Source: Desulfobacteraceae bacterium
GTDB lineage: Bacteria; Desulfobacterota; Desulfobacteria; Desulfobacterales; SURF-7
DNA length: 64,000 nucleotides
Direction of reading: 5' to 3'
NCBI GenBank assembly: GCA_003599865.1
Contig: QZKS01000093.1
Span: 3,484 to 67,483 of the forward strand
The notes beneath the pieces are model-generated. The model saw only the letters and a program-made list of their open reading frames with translations. It made no database searches and had not been told where the DNA came from. Both the position numbers and the translations under genes were made by a program. Within the stretch, counting starts at the first letter, position 1. The number at the start of each line of letters is the position of its first letter. Of the stretch, positions 41,723 to 51,448 are shown in pieces.

Positions 41723-43063
41723 GTGCCGGAAAACAAACCTCATATTCTTTTCATCAATCCGTGGATCCATGATTTTTCCGCCTATGATGTCTGGGCCAAA
41801 CCCATGGGGCTGCTGCTGCTGGCCGCCATCGCAAGGGAACAGGGGTATTCCGTTTCGTATATGGACTGCCTGGACCGGTTTCACCCCGGAAACCTTCACC
41901 GGCAGGACCCCTATGCCAGAAACGGCAGGGGCCCGTACCTGAAAACACATATCCCAAAACCACGGGGCCTGGAGGATATACCCAGAAATTACAGCTGTTA
42001 CGGCATCCGGGAAGAATGGTTTCGGGAAGACCTGCACCATCAGGAAAAACCGGATCTGGTCCTGGTAACCTCGCTGATGACCTACTGGTATCCGGGTGTC
42101 CTGCAGACCATTCAGGTCATCCGGGAGGTATTCCCGGATGTGCCCGTAATCCTCGGAGGGATCTATGCGACCCTCTGTACGGAGCACGCGGAGCGAATTT
42201 CCGGGGCCGACAGGGTGGTAACCGGCCTGTCGGAAAAGACAATCATTTCCATCATCGAGGAACAGACCGGCGGGGGAGGACTTCCCGGACAAACGTATGA
42301 TCATATGGACAGCCTGCCGTTTCCTGCGTTTGATCTGCAGCGGGTCATATCGTATATCCCGGTGTTGACCTCCAGAGGATGCCCTTTTTCCTGCTCCTAT
42401 TGCGCCTCGGGATTTCTTTCCCGGCAATTTGTCAGGCGGAGTCCGGAGCTGGTTGTGGAAGAAATTCTGTATTGGCATCGGAAATTCCGGGTCCGGGATT
42501 TCGTGTTTTATGATGACGCATTGCTGATTGATGCGGAACATCATGCGTTGCCGATTCTGGAGGCAATCATACGGGCAGGGGTGGATATCCGGTTTCATAC
42601 CCCCAACGCTCTCCATATCCGCGAGATCTCGGATGAAACAGCCCGGCTCCTGTATCGGGCAGGTTTTGAAACGGTTCGTCTGGGGCTGGAAACCACATCT
42701 TTTGGTGATCGCAATTCCCTTGACCGGAAAATCACGGAAGAGGAGTTTTATCGGGCGGTTTCATCCATACACCGGGCGGGATTTGAAAAGGGCCGGATCG
42801 GCGCTTATCTGCTGGTCGGCCTGCCGGGGCAGTCTGTCCGCAGTATTGAACTGTCCATACAGACGGTTCTGCAAAGCGGCATCCGGCCGATTCCGGCCTA
42901 TTTTACGCCCATTCCCCATACCGCAATATGGAAGCAGGCGGTTGCGGTCTCGCGCTATGATATCGAGTCGGATCCCGTCTTTACCAACAATGCCATTCTT
43001 CCCTGCATGGATCATTTCTCGTGGGACATCATATCCCGGTTAAAAAACCAGGCATCGGGATAG
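41723..43063 (+). CDS. B12-binding-domain radical SAM protein (class B)
   Basis: The N-terminal cobalamin-binding-like region is ILFINPW...PMGLLLLAAIAREQGYSVSYMD...DLVLVTSLMTYWY. The radical SAM motif is TSRGCPFSCSYCAS. The start is GTG as given in the track. Confidence 0.8.
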   Translation: MPENKPHILFINPWIHDFSAYDVWAKPMGLLLLAAIAREQGYSVSYMDCLDRFHPGNLHRQDPYARNGRGPYLKTHIPKPRGLEDIPRNYSCYGIREEWFREDLHHQEKPDLVLVTSLMTYWYPGVLQTIQVIREVFPDVPVILGGIYATLCTEHAERISGADRVVTGLSEKTIISIIEEQTGGGGLPGQTYDHMDSLPFPAFDLQRVISYIPVLTSRGCPFSCSYCASGFLSRQFVRRSPELVVEEILYWHRKFRVRDFVFYDDALLIDAEHHALPILEAIIRAGVDIRFHTPNALHIREISDETARLLYRAGFETVRLGLETTSFGDRNSLDRKITEEEFYRAVSSIHRAGFEKGRIGAYLLVGLPGQSVRSIELSIQTVLQSGIRPIPAYFTPIPHTAIWKQAVAVSRYDIESDPVFTNNAILPCMDHFSWDIISRLKNQASG

Positions 43064-43351
43064 GGAAAAGATACGTGACAGGAAAATGATATTCGGCGAT
43101 GCAAAACAATGTTTAGTATATTGACATACGGCCGGCGCTCTGTTATGGGATCAAAACGGGAACGACAATAACTGTTGATCTTCTGCTTTTCTGATGACAT
43201 TCACATTTTGTCAGAGCGATTTCAAAAGTTTATGGGTATCACGGGATGTATACCCTCAAATTCCGGCATGAATATCCGGACTTGATAAACATGCCATTAC
43301 AAACATCGGCCGCAGGATCAAATCGAAAAACATATCAAAGGGAGACAATGA

Positions 43352-43921
43352 ATGAGTGATTTTTTGCACAAGCTGCGAAATGGTAATGACTACCGGAATA
43401 ATAATGAAACAAGGTTCAATAAAAAACGGCGTCAATATGATACCGGCCAGGGCGTTGTATATGACAGGCGGGTTCCCAATGAATCCAGGAAAAAAAATCA
43501 GCCCAAACCGTTTCCGCAGGAACAGGTACCTGGCCAGTCACCGGAAGTATTGCTGGTAATCAGAGACCTTCTCCAGGAAATTTCGGATAAACAGGAACGT
43601 CTTGCCATGGCCGAGGAGAGAAAGGCGAGTGCGCTGGAGGCGATTGCCGAACAACTGCAAAGCGAGAAGGGCGTTTCTCTGAATGTAACCGGCGAAGTGG
43701 CTGGCGGCCATAAGGTCATGATGCGGGAAAAGAGGAAAAAAAGAGCCAAAAAATTTGATGATCCAAACCGCAAAAGAGTCATGCAGATCATTGAATCCAT
43801 GCGTAAGGACAATGAAACCTATCAGGATATCGCCGACAGGCTGGAAAAAGAGGAACTCAAGACATTTTCAGGCAGGGGAAAATGGCATGCACAGACCGTA
43901 CACCGGTTATGTCAGGATTAA
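43352..43921 (+). CDS. Hypothetical basic, coiled-coil protein with a C-terminal recombinase-type DNA-binding-like motif
   Basis: 189 aa with AAGGGAGA upstream. A central helix reads LLQEISDKQERLAMAEERKASALEAIAEQL. The C-terminus YQDIADRLEKEELKTFSGRGKWHAQTVHRL resembles the G.KW....V.R.L motif of recombinase DNA-binding domains (weak). Confidence 0.5.
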   Translation: MSDFLHKLRNGNDYRNNNETRFNKKRRQYDTGQGVVYDRRVPNESRKKNQPKPFPQEQVPGQSPEVLLVIRDLLQEISDKQERLAMAEERKASALEAIAEQLQSEKGVSLNVTGEVAGGHKVMMREKRKKRAKKFDDPNRKRVMQIIESMRKDNETYQDIADRLEKEELKTFSGRGKWHAQTVHRLCQD

Positions 43922-43957
43922 CAAACCCATTGTACAGGATAGAGACCGGTTTTGATA

Positions 43958-44302
43958 TTACGGGTCCTGATCACCACTCCCCCTTTGGTCCGATTTTTTA
44001 TCCGATAAGAACTGCTCCCATTCCAAAGGGAGCAGTTCTTTTTTTCGGTTGTTGCATTCCTTGCAGCAGGGAATGACATTGCCTTTTACGGACTTTCCGC
44101 CCCGCGATATCGGAATCATATGGTCCATGGTGAGATCCCCGGGCGCCGTGGGCTGGTTGCAGTACCCACAGATCCCCTTTGCGCACTTTCTCTTCCACCA
44201 TTGGGATTTCCGCAGCTCCCTTGCTTTCTGTTTTTCCCTCTTGATATCATTGTCTTCCAGATGGATGGAAAAGGGGTCGTGCAACAGGGTGTTTCGACTC
44301 AC
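43958..44302 (-). CDS. HNH endonuclease-domain protein
   Basis: CGYCNQPTAPGDLTMDHMIPISRGGKSVKGNVIPCCKECNNRKK. I moved the start to GTG 44302 (GGAG 9 nt upstream), 4 nt after the stop of the upstream gene, instead of the overlapping ATG at 44392. Confidence 0.7.
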   Translation of the reverse strand: MSRNTLLHDPFSIHLEDNDIKREKQKARELRKSQWWKRKCAKGICGYCNQPTAPGDLTMDHMIPISRGGKSVKGNVIPCCKECNNRKKELLPLEWEQFLSDKKSDQRGSGDQDP

Positions 44303-44306
44303 GGTG

Positions 44307-45026
44307 TCAATCTCCGGGTTTGGGCCATACCAGTGAACGAAGCCAGCCGAAAAAGGTATTGCCTTGCAGCATTTTCCGGTCAAGATCGTCAATTTCCTTA
44401 TTGAGAGCGGAAGGATTCAGGAACCAGTCATTCCGTTTGATAAAACCCCTTTGGGTGTCAAGGTGTTTGATGGTTTTTGCCGGATTTCCGGCAACGACCG
44501 TATTGGGTTCCACATCGCTTACCACTACCGATCCGGCACCGACAATGCTGTTTTCTCCGATGGTGACGCCTTTGCAGACGGTTGCCCGGTCACCCACCCA
44601 GACATTGTCTTTCAGAATGACCGGCGCTGATGCTCCGGCTGCGGTCCGGTCATAGATATCATGCCAGTCCGCATCGGTTATATAGACTCCCGCTGCGAGC
44701 ATGCAGTTGTCGCCAATGTGTATTTTATCGGCGGCACTGATCCGGACACCCGGGCAGATCAGGCAGTAATCCCCGATGGTAATCCCCGGTACGTTTTTTT
44801 CTTTTGACCAGATGGACAGTCTGACCTTATAGTCCGACGAACAGATGATATTGGCATAGTTTCCGATTCGTATCGGGCCGCCAAACATAACGGCATTCCA
44901 TGGCTGGAAGATGGTCGGATCGGTTCCGAGGTGCGCAAGCTGCGGCCGGAGGAACCAGTTTGCATAAAGCGTTTCAAATGCCAGATAGGCCCTTTTCAGA
45001 TAATACGGACGATGATCTCTAATCAC
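44307..45026 (-). CDS. Hexapeptide-repeat (left-handed beta-helix) acyl/acetyltransferase
   Basis: Repeats include IGDYCLICPGVRI, IGDNCMLAAGVYI, VWVGDRATVCKGVTIGENSIVGAGSVV and VVAGNPAK. Confidence 0.8.
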   Translation of the reverse strand: MIRDHRPYYLKRAYLAFETLYANWFLRPQLAHLGTDPTIFQPWNAVMFGGPIRIGNYANIICSSDYKVRLSIWSKEKNVPGITIGDYCLICPGVRISAADKIHIGDNCMLAAGVYITDADWHDIYDRTAAGASAPVILKDNVWVGDRATVCKGVTIGENSIVGAGSVVVSDVEPNTVVAGNPAKTIKHLDTQRGFIKRNDWFLNPSALNKEIDDLDRKMLQGNTFFGWLRSLVWPKPGD

Positions 45027-45040
45027 GATTCACTGCCTTC

Positions 45041-46087
45041 TCAAACAAACTGCGAGAATTCGGACTCCTCCCAGAATTGATGGCTGAACAGCCTGCTTGC
45101 AGGGGTGATTTCGTAGAGCGCATCCGCAGCCATCAGTGCTACTCCGTTTGTCCAGGACATTTTATCTTCCGGCCAGATGATCATATTGGGAAAGGTGAAT
45201 CCGCACCAGCATGTCCCGTCGTCATAGCACCGGTCCTGAATCCAGCTGAAAATAATTTTGGCCAGCGGGTAGTTGCCCATTGCCGCCAGGGCAAGAACAA
45301 ATTCAGATGTTTCGGCCAGTGTGATCCAGGGCTCATCCGATACGCAGCGGACGCCCAGACCGTCGACCACAAATTTTTTCCAGTATTTGTCGATTCGCTT
45401 ATAGGCGGCTTCTCCGGTCAGGGCACCGGAAAGAATCGGGTAAAACCAGTCCATGGAAAATCTTGATTTTGTCACATTGAACAGGTGGGGATGGTATTGT
45501 ATCGCATCCAACAGTTTGTTCTTGGCGGCTTTCCAGCCCGGCTCCTGCTGATGAAGGATTCCGGCAATGGACAGCGCACATTTCAGGCTCATGAAAATGG
45601 AGCTGGAACCGGTCAGGAGGCTCATCTGGTCGACAACACCCTGGGGGCTTTCCGCCCAGTAAAAAGCACCGGTCGGCGCCTGGAGCGAAATGGAAAAATC
45701 AATTGCCTTTTTGATGGAAGGCCAGAGGGAGTGCAAATAATTTTTGTCTTTTGTAATCAGATAATGATGAAAAGCGCCCACGGCGATATAGGATGTCATG
45801 TTGGTGTCAAGGGTTTTGTCATCCGGTACGCCTTTCCGGTAGGATGAATACCATGCCCCGCGCTCCAGCTGGTTGTTCAACAGCCATTCAAATCCTTTTC
45901 TGGCGTTTTCAATATGACCACCAATGGTCAATCCCATGATGGATTCAATATGATCCCAGGGGTCGGTATGCCCATTGATACTCCAGGGGATTTCACCGGT
46001 TTCAAGCTGAATTTTCGTGATGATCGCAGCAACCGATTCGATGTTCAGGGAGAGTCGTTCCTGGCTGCTGGAGATTTTGAAGTTCAT
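45041..46087 (-). CDS. Hypothetical (alpha/alpha)6-toroid-like protein (GH15, prenyltransferase or squalene-cyclase-like repeats; function unknown)
   Basis: 348 aa. It has repeated helical hairpins with aromatic and Gly motifs (GEIPWSINGHTDPWDH, ERGAWYSSY, PTGAFYWAE, DWFYPILSG). The family assignment is by pattern only. Confidence 0.45.
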   Translation of the reverse strand: MNFKISSSQERLSLNIESVAAIITKIQLETGEIPWSINGHTDPWDHIESIMGLTIGGHIENARKGFEWLLNNQLERGAWYSSYRKGVPDDKTLDTNMTSYIAVGAFHHYLITKDKNYLHSLWPSIKKAIDFSISLQAPTGAFYWAESPQGVVDQMSLLTGSSSIFMSLKCALSIAGILHQQEPGWKAAKNKLLDAIQYHPHLFNVTKSRFSMDWFYPILSGALTGEAAYKRIDKYWKKFVVDGLGVRCVSDEPWITLAETSEFVLALAAMGNYPLAKIIFSWIQDRCYDDGTCWCGFTFPNMIIWPEDKMSWTNGVALMAADALYEITPASRLFSHQFWEESEFSQFV

Positions 46088-46247
46088 TATGGTTGCCTTT
46101 CCAAAGTGTTACTGGATACCGGACATGTTCATGTCCCTATTTCCCATCCACCCCAAAAAAATGGTGAGGAAGACTTACCAAAAATAGAATTTATTTTCAA
46201 GAAGATTAAATGCTGTGATCAGACCTGCAGAATGAAAATTTCGACAA

Positions 46248-46280
46248 CCCGGCCTGCGGGGCTTTCTCCCTGCAGGCCGG
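46248..46280 (-). terminator. Putative terminator hairpin after serC
   Basis: The minus strand reads GCCGGCCTGCAGGGagaaaGCCCCGCAGGCCGGg followed by ttgtcgaaatttt. The stem is strong but the T-tract is interrupted. Confidence 0.4.
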
Positions 46281-46301
46281 CTTGATGAATGGGGTTTTTG
46301 G

Positions 46302-47390
46302 TTATCCGTTCTTCTTTTCAAATGTTTTCATGAAATCAATGAGCGCAGGGACTGCCTCTGCCGGTGTTGCATTATAGATCGATGCCCGGCAGCCGCCGAC
46401 AGACCGGTGACCTTTCAGTCCGCCGAGTTTGTTTGCCGTGGCTTCTGCGATAAATTTTTTCTCCAGCTCTTCACTGGGGAGCCGGAAGGTGACGTTCATG
46501 AGAGACCGGCTGCCCGGTTCCGCAGTGCCCTTGTAGAAATCGCCGGAATCAAAAAAATCATACAGGAGCTTTGCCTTCCGGTCATTGATCTCTTTCATTT
46601 TGTTCAGTCCGCCGACGGTCTCCTCCAGCCATTTCAGGACCAGCTGGATCGTATAGACACCGAAACAGGGCGGTGTATTGTACATGGAATTTTTTTCCGA
46701 ATAGGTCGTATACTTCAACATGGTGGGAAGGTTCTTCGGGACCCTTTCCAGAAGGTCTTTCCGGACAATCACCAGGCAGACACCGGCCGGGCCGATATTT
46801 TTCTGGGCGCCGGCATAAATCAGCCCCACATTTTTCATATCGATGGGCCGGCACATGAAGTCCGAAGACATATCCACCAGGATGGGCACACCCGATGTTT
46901 CCGGGAAGGCCGCCCACTGGGTACCTTTGATGGTATTGTTGGAAGTGATGTGAACATAAACCGCGTCACGGTTAAAAGAGATATTCCCGGGGATATAGGA
47001 AAAATTCCTGTCTTCGGACGAGGCCACTACCTGAATCTTTTTCTTTTGAATTTCCGCTTCCTTGATTGCCTTGGAGGACCAGGTCCCGGTATTGACATAG
47101 TCTGCGGATTGATTGTCACCCAGAAAGTTCATCGGCATCAGGGCAAATTGCAGGCTCGCGCCGCCCTGCATGAAAAGGACATGATATCGATCGTCCAGAT
47201 TCAGCAGCCTTTTGGTCCTTTCCACGGCTTCGTTGATCACATCATCAAACCATTTGGAACGATGGCTGATTTCGGTTATGGACATGCCGCTTCCTTTGAA
47301 GTTTAAAAAGGATTCCTGGATTTCTTCCAGGACAGGCAAGGGAAGTACGGCCGGTCCGGCATTAAAGTTAAAAATACGGTCATGTTTCAT
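46302..47390 (-). CDS. serC: Phosphoserine aminotransferase
   Basis: I moved the start to ATG 47390 (GGAGG 5 nt upstream). Blocks are FNFNAGPAVLP..VL, SHRS..F and YAGAQKNIGPAG, which contains the PLP lysine. Confidence 0.9.
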   Translation of the reverse strand: MKHDRIFNFNAGPAVLPLPVLEEIQESFLNFKGSGMSITEISHRSKWFDDVINEAVERTKRLLNLDDRYHVLFMQGGASLQFALMPMNFLGDNQSADYVNTGTWSSKAIKEAEIQKKKIQVVASSEDRNFSYIPGNISFNRDAVYVHITSNNTIKGTQWAAFPETSGVPILVDMSSDFMCRPIDMKNVGLIYAGAQKNIGPAGVCLVIVRKDLLERVPKNLPTMLKYTTYSEKNSMYNTPPCFGVYTIQLVLKWLEETVGGLNKMKEINDRKAKLLYDFFDSGDFYKGTAEPGSRSLMNVTFRLPSEELEKKFIAEATANKLGGLKGHRSVGGCRASIYNATPAEAVPALIDFMKTFEKKNG

Positions 47391-47651
47391 GTTGTCCTCC
47401 ATGGTATTGAATCCAATAACATATGAAAAAAAACGCTGATTTTTTTTAAGATTTTATCAAGTTTCCGTAAAAAGAGTATAAATACAGATCATTTTTGTGT
47501 TGTCAATCTTTATTCAATGATGACGAAATATCCGTCTGATAAATTTCAGGGCTGCCGGAATGGAATGCGTTTCCTGATTGACAATTCCGCCGGGGATGAC
47601 TTAAAAGAATACCTTCTGTTCTCTTTGATGAAACCGTAAAAAGTCCCAACT

Positions 47652-47722
47652 CCGTCACTCCGGTGAAAACCGGAGTCCAGAACCCATTGAAAAGGCTGGA
47701 TTCTGACTTTCGTCAGAATGAC
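47652..47722. repeat. Double-hairpin palindromic repeat element, same family as 41079..41152
   Basis: ccgtcACTCCGGtgaaaaCCGGAGTccag, a 15-nt spacer, then ctggATTCTGACtttcGTCAGAATgac. Confidence 0.65.
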
Positions 47723-47789
47723 AAAATACTAAATATCCGTTTTTTACAAGTTCATCATCTTGGAATGATCGGAAACAGGGGGTCTGTCC

Positions 47790-49094
47790 ATGAAAATTTA
47801 TCCATATCCATCGGAAGCTGCCGAAAAGCGGGTTTCCGCAATCATTGATCGCGGTCTTTCCTATTCCGGAAAGGATTACCAGGATGTCGTCCGCATGCTG
47901 GAGGATGTGCGAAAGAATGGTGATGAAGCGGTTATTCGATATACCAACCGGTTTGATTCACCGGATCTTACCGCGGACCATCTGGAAGTGACGGACCGGG
48001 AAATCAAGGCAGCCCGGAAAATGGTGGATGGCGCCTTCATGCGGGCGCTGAACCGCGCGGCATCCCAGATCGAGAGTTTCCACCGGCATCAGGTGGCCAA
48101 TTCCTGGATTCAGACGGACAGGCCCGGTGTGATCCTGGGTCAGATGGTCAATCCTGTGGATGCGGCCGGTATTTATGTTCCCGGTGCAAAAGGCGGGGAG
48201 ACCCCGCTTGTCTCATCCGTGCTGATGGGTGGAATCCCGGCCAGGATTGCCGGTGTGAAAACCATTGCCATGGTCACCCCTCCCACCCGGGACGGCAGTA
48301 TCAACCCCCACCTTCTGGCGGCTGCCCGGATAGCGGGAATCCATAAGATATACAAGGCCGGAAGCGCCTGGGCGATTGCAGCGCTGGCATACGGCACAAA
48401 GACAATACCGAAGGTGAATGTGATTGTGGGGCCGGGCAATATTTATGTGACACTGGCCAAGAAAATCGTGGCCGGAACCGTGGGGATCGATATGATCGCA
48501 GGGCCCAGTGAAATCCTGGTGATTGCGGATGGATCAGCCGATCCGGAGTATATCGCAGCGGATTTGCTGTCCCAGGCGGAACATGATCCGCTGGCCTCGG
48601 CCATTCTGATTACCGATCAAAAGGAGATTGCGAAGGCGGTCAGAACAGCGGTCATGAAACAGCTGGACAGCCTGAAGCGGTCGGATATCGCAAGGGCTTC
48701 CATCCAGAAATACGGCGGGATCATGCTGGTTCCGGACCTTGCGGCGGCTATCGATCTTGCCAATCGGATTGCGCCGGAACATCTGGAACTCCAGGTTGAA
48801 AATCCGTTTGACTGGGTCGGCCGTATCCGCAATGCCGGTGCGGTTTTTCTGGGAAACTATACCCCGGAACCGGTAGGCGATTATGTGGCAGGCCCGAATC
48901 ATGTCCTGCCCACAGCCGGTACGGCAAAATTCGCTTCCGCCTTGTCTGTGGATCATTTTGTCAAAAAAACAAGCATCATTCATTATTCGGAAGGGGCATT
49001 CAAAAAAGAGGCAAAGGATATCATGCTGCTTGCGGAAACAGAAGGACTGGATGCCCATGCCAGGTCCGTGAAGGTCCGGCTGAAAAAGCGATAA
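47790..49094 (+). CDS. hisD: Histidinol dehydrogenase
   Basis: 434 aa: [45 protein letters not shown] and [13 protein letters not shown]. Confidence 0.92.
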   Translation: MKIYPYPSEAAEKRVSAIIDRGLSYSGKDYQDVVRMLEDVRKNGDEAVIRYTNRFDSPDLTADHLEVTDREIKAARKMVDGAFMRALNRAASQIESFHRHQVANSWIQTDRPGVILGQMVNPVDAAGIYVPGAKGGETPLVSSVLMGGIPARIAGVKTIAMVTPPTRDGSINPHLLAAARIAGIHKIYKAGSAWAIAALAYGTKTIPKVNVIVGPGNIYVTLAKKIVAGTVGIDMIAGPSEILVIADGSADPEYIAADLLSQAEHDPLASAILITDQKEIAKAVRTAVMKQLDSLKRSDIARASIQKYGGIMLVPDLAAAIDLANRIAPEHLELQVENPFDWVGRIRNAGAVFLGNYTPEPVGDYVAGPNHVLPTAGTAKFASALSVDHFVKKTSIIHYSEGAFKKEAKDIMLLAETEGLDAHARSVKVRLKKR

Positions 49095-49115
49095 CAGGGC
49101 ATTTCCCGAAAACGG

Positions 49116-49589
49116 TTACCCGAAATCAAAGAGCAGATAGGAACCCAGTTTGTCATAATGCTCCAGGGACACGAACTCCGTACCCAGATAGAGTCCGTTA
49201 ATGCTTCTCACAATGACTTCCTTGGACACTTTTGAATGCTGCTTGTCGTCCAGGATGAATTCCAGTTTCATTTTGTCACCCACCTTGACGTCCGTCTTGA
49301 AATTGGTTTTGATTTTGAGTCCGGACCGGGAAAGGTCCAGGATATCCATGGTTCCCCTGTCCACCCCGTTTTCATGGATGAATATCCCGGCAAAGTGGGT
49401 ATCTTTCCGGATATGCTTTCTTCTCTCCAGAAGTGCGGAATAGGTGTGGCCGCAAGGGCATTTGCATTTGACGTGGACCGCTTTCCGGATATTTCGAAAA
49501 CGGGAAACGCTGGCGGTTTTGGTTCTCATGCATTCCGGGCACTTGAATGTCGCCATATCATTGCTACCAATGAATACTTTTTCTGTCAT
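49116..49589 (-). CDS. PilZ-domain (c-di-GMP-binding type) protein with an N-terminal Cys-rich zinc-ribbon-like segment
   Basis: The PilZ motifs are ERRKHIRK (RxxxR) and DLSRSGL (D/NxSxxG). The N-terminus is FKCPECMRTK...VKCKCPCGH. The start is uncertain; the track ATG is at 49643, and I favour ATG 49589. Confidence 0.65.
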   Translation of the reverse strand: MTEKVFIGSNDMATFKCPECMRTKTASVSRFRNIRKAVHVKCKCPCGHTYSALLERRKHIRKDTHFAGIFIHENGVDRGTMDILDLSRSGLKIKTNFKTDVKVGDKMKLEFILDDKQHSKVSKEVIVRSINGLYLGTEFVSLEHYDKLGSYLLFDFG

Positions 49590-49651
49590 CTCAGTCACCA
49601 TATGAAGTTTGGTTTCGGAAGGTCTGTATCCGCTTCCTACCATAGATTTAT

Positions 49652-51445
49652 TCAGAGATCAAACCGCAATTCATCCGGCCATTCCCGCTCATGGCCGTCC
49701 ATCTTTCCTTTGCGGCAGGCATCAATGACCATGCGCTGCCTGTTGATCCGGATATCCCGGTCCGGCGCGACATTGTTAAAGAGTTTCCATAACATCAGCG
49801 AATGGTTTTTCAGTTCGATTTCCCGGTCAAACAGGATGAAGATAGTAAAACCCGGAAGAATATCCGGTTCCGGTATGGATTCGGAAATCTCTTTTCCGCC
49901 GATGGCTGCGGTCTTTTCAACGCTGATGAAGAGAATCCGGTTAATGAGTTCGGAATGTCCCGGCGGATCCATATCAAATGCCCGGCAGGCGACGGCGCCT
50001 TTCACCCTGCTGCGGACAATATCCATGACGGTCTGATTGTCCGGCGGTTCCGGAAGATCGGAAGGCTTTCCCCGGGGAGGTTCATCCTTGAAACGCGTGG
50101 TGAGGTCTATGCCGATTTTTGAGCCGAAGTTGGGAAAGGGCGAGGAGTGGTCCAGCACATCCAGGATTCCTTTGGTAAAGGTCAGGTCCGAGGCCATGTC
50201 AAAATGGGTGAGAAATTTTGAGAATACCGCATGGGTATCCTGGGGGTTCACCTCTTTGTCCACCACGACGACTGCCTTGCAGAAGCTCATCTGGCCGGAC
50301 CCCCACAGCCCGCTCATTAGTTTCTGGGCATGTCCCGGAAACTCCTTTTCCAGGGAAACGATAACGATGTTGTGAAAAACGCCTTCCCAGGGAAACCAGT
50401 AGTCCCTGATTTCGGGCATTACGGATTGAATCATCGGGAGAAACAATCGTTCCGTTGCCTTGGCCAGATAGCAGTCTTCCATGGGCGGCGGTCCGACCAG
50501 CGTGGCATTGTAAACGGGATTTTTCCGGTGGGTGATCGCCGTGATATGAAATACCGGATAATCATCTGCCAGGGAGTAGTATCCGGTGTGATCTCCAAAC
50601 GGTCCTTCCCGCCGTCTTTCATGTGGATCGACATATCCTTCCAGTACAAATTCCGCCTCGGCCGGTACTTCCATGTCAATGGTAACGCATTTGGTCATTC
50701 TCACCGGTTTTTTCCGGATAAAACCGGCCAGCAGCATCTCGTCGATTCCCCGGGGCATCGGTGCGGTGGCGGCGTATATGGTTGCCGGGTCCGCGCCGAT
50801 GGCAACCGCAACCGGCATCCGTTTGCCGGCATCCCGGTATTCCGTAAAGTAGTGGGAGCCGTCCTTGTGAATATGCCAGTGCATTCCGGTGGTCTGTTTA
50901 TCAAACACCTGAAGCCGGTACATGCCGCAGTTCCGTTTCCCGGTCAACAGACTTCTGGTGAAGACCAAAGGAAGGGTGACAAAGGGTCCGGCATCTTTCG
51001 GCCAGCATTGCAGCACCGGGATTCGGGACAGATCCGCCTGGTCTCCCTTCAGTACGATTTCCTGACAGGGCGGTGTTTTGCCCCGGAACATCCGCGGAAA
51101 AAAATTGGCCAGGTTGACGGCCATGGGGATGACGTTCAGGGCTTCTTTCCAATTCCCCGGCGGATGGAAGTCAATGTATTCCCTTACCCGGGCGCCCAGC
51201 TGGTCCAGGTGTGTGACACCCAGTGCCATGCAGATCCGCTTGTCGCTTCCGAAAATATTGGTGGCTACGGGAAAAGACGAACCCTGAACATTTTGAAACA
51301 GCAGGGCCTTTCCTCCGCCGGGGCGTTTGGATTCCCGGTCCGTGATTCTGCTGATTTCGATGAACGGGGAAACGGTTTCGGTGATGGTTTTCAATTCACC
51401 GGCCTTATCCAGGGATGACAGGAATGCTTTCAGGTTCTGATACAC
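49652..51445 (-). CDS. UbiD-family (prenylated-FMN-dependent) decarboxylase, menaquinone/futalosine-type context, with a C-terminal extension
   Basis: 597 aa: NLKAFLSSLDKAGELKTI, CGMYRLQVFDK.TTGMHWHIHKDG, GPFGDHTGYY. It sits next to ubiX and ubiA homologues. Confidence 0.85.
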   Translation of the reverse strand: MYQNLKAFLSSLDKAGELKTITETVSPFIEISRITDRESKRPGGGKALLFQNVQGSSFPVATNIFGSDKRICMALGVTHLDQLGARVREYIDFHPPGNWKEALNVIPMAVNLANFFPRMFRGKTPPCQEIVLKGDQADLSRIPVLQCWPKDAGPFVTLPLVFTRSLLTGKRNCGMYRLQVFDKQTTGMHWHIHKDGSHYFTEYRDAGKRMPVAVAIGADPATIYAATAPMPRGIDEMLLAGFIRKKPVRMTKCVTIDMEVPAEAEFVLEGYVDPHERRREGPFGDHTGYYSLADDYPVFHITAITHRKNPVYNATLVGPPPMEDCYLAKATERLFLPMIQSVMPEIRDYWFPWEGVFHNIVIVSLEKEFPGHAQKLMSGLWGSGQMSFCKAVVVVDKEVNPQDTHAVFSKFLTHFDMASDLTFTKGILDVLDHSSPFPNFGSKIGIDLTTRFKDEPPRGKPSDLPEPPDNQTVMDIVRSRVKGAVACRAFDMDPPGHSELINRILFISVEKTAAIGGKEISESIPEPDILPGFTIFILFDREIELKNHSLMLWKLFNNVAPDRDIRINRQRMVIDACRKGKMDGHEREWPDELRFDL

Positions 51446-51448
51446 GGT

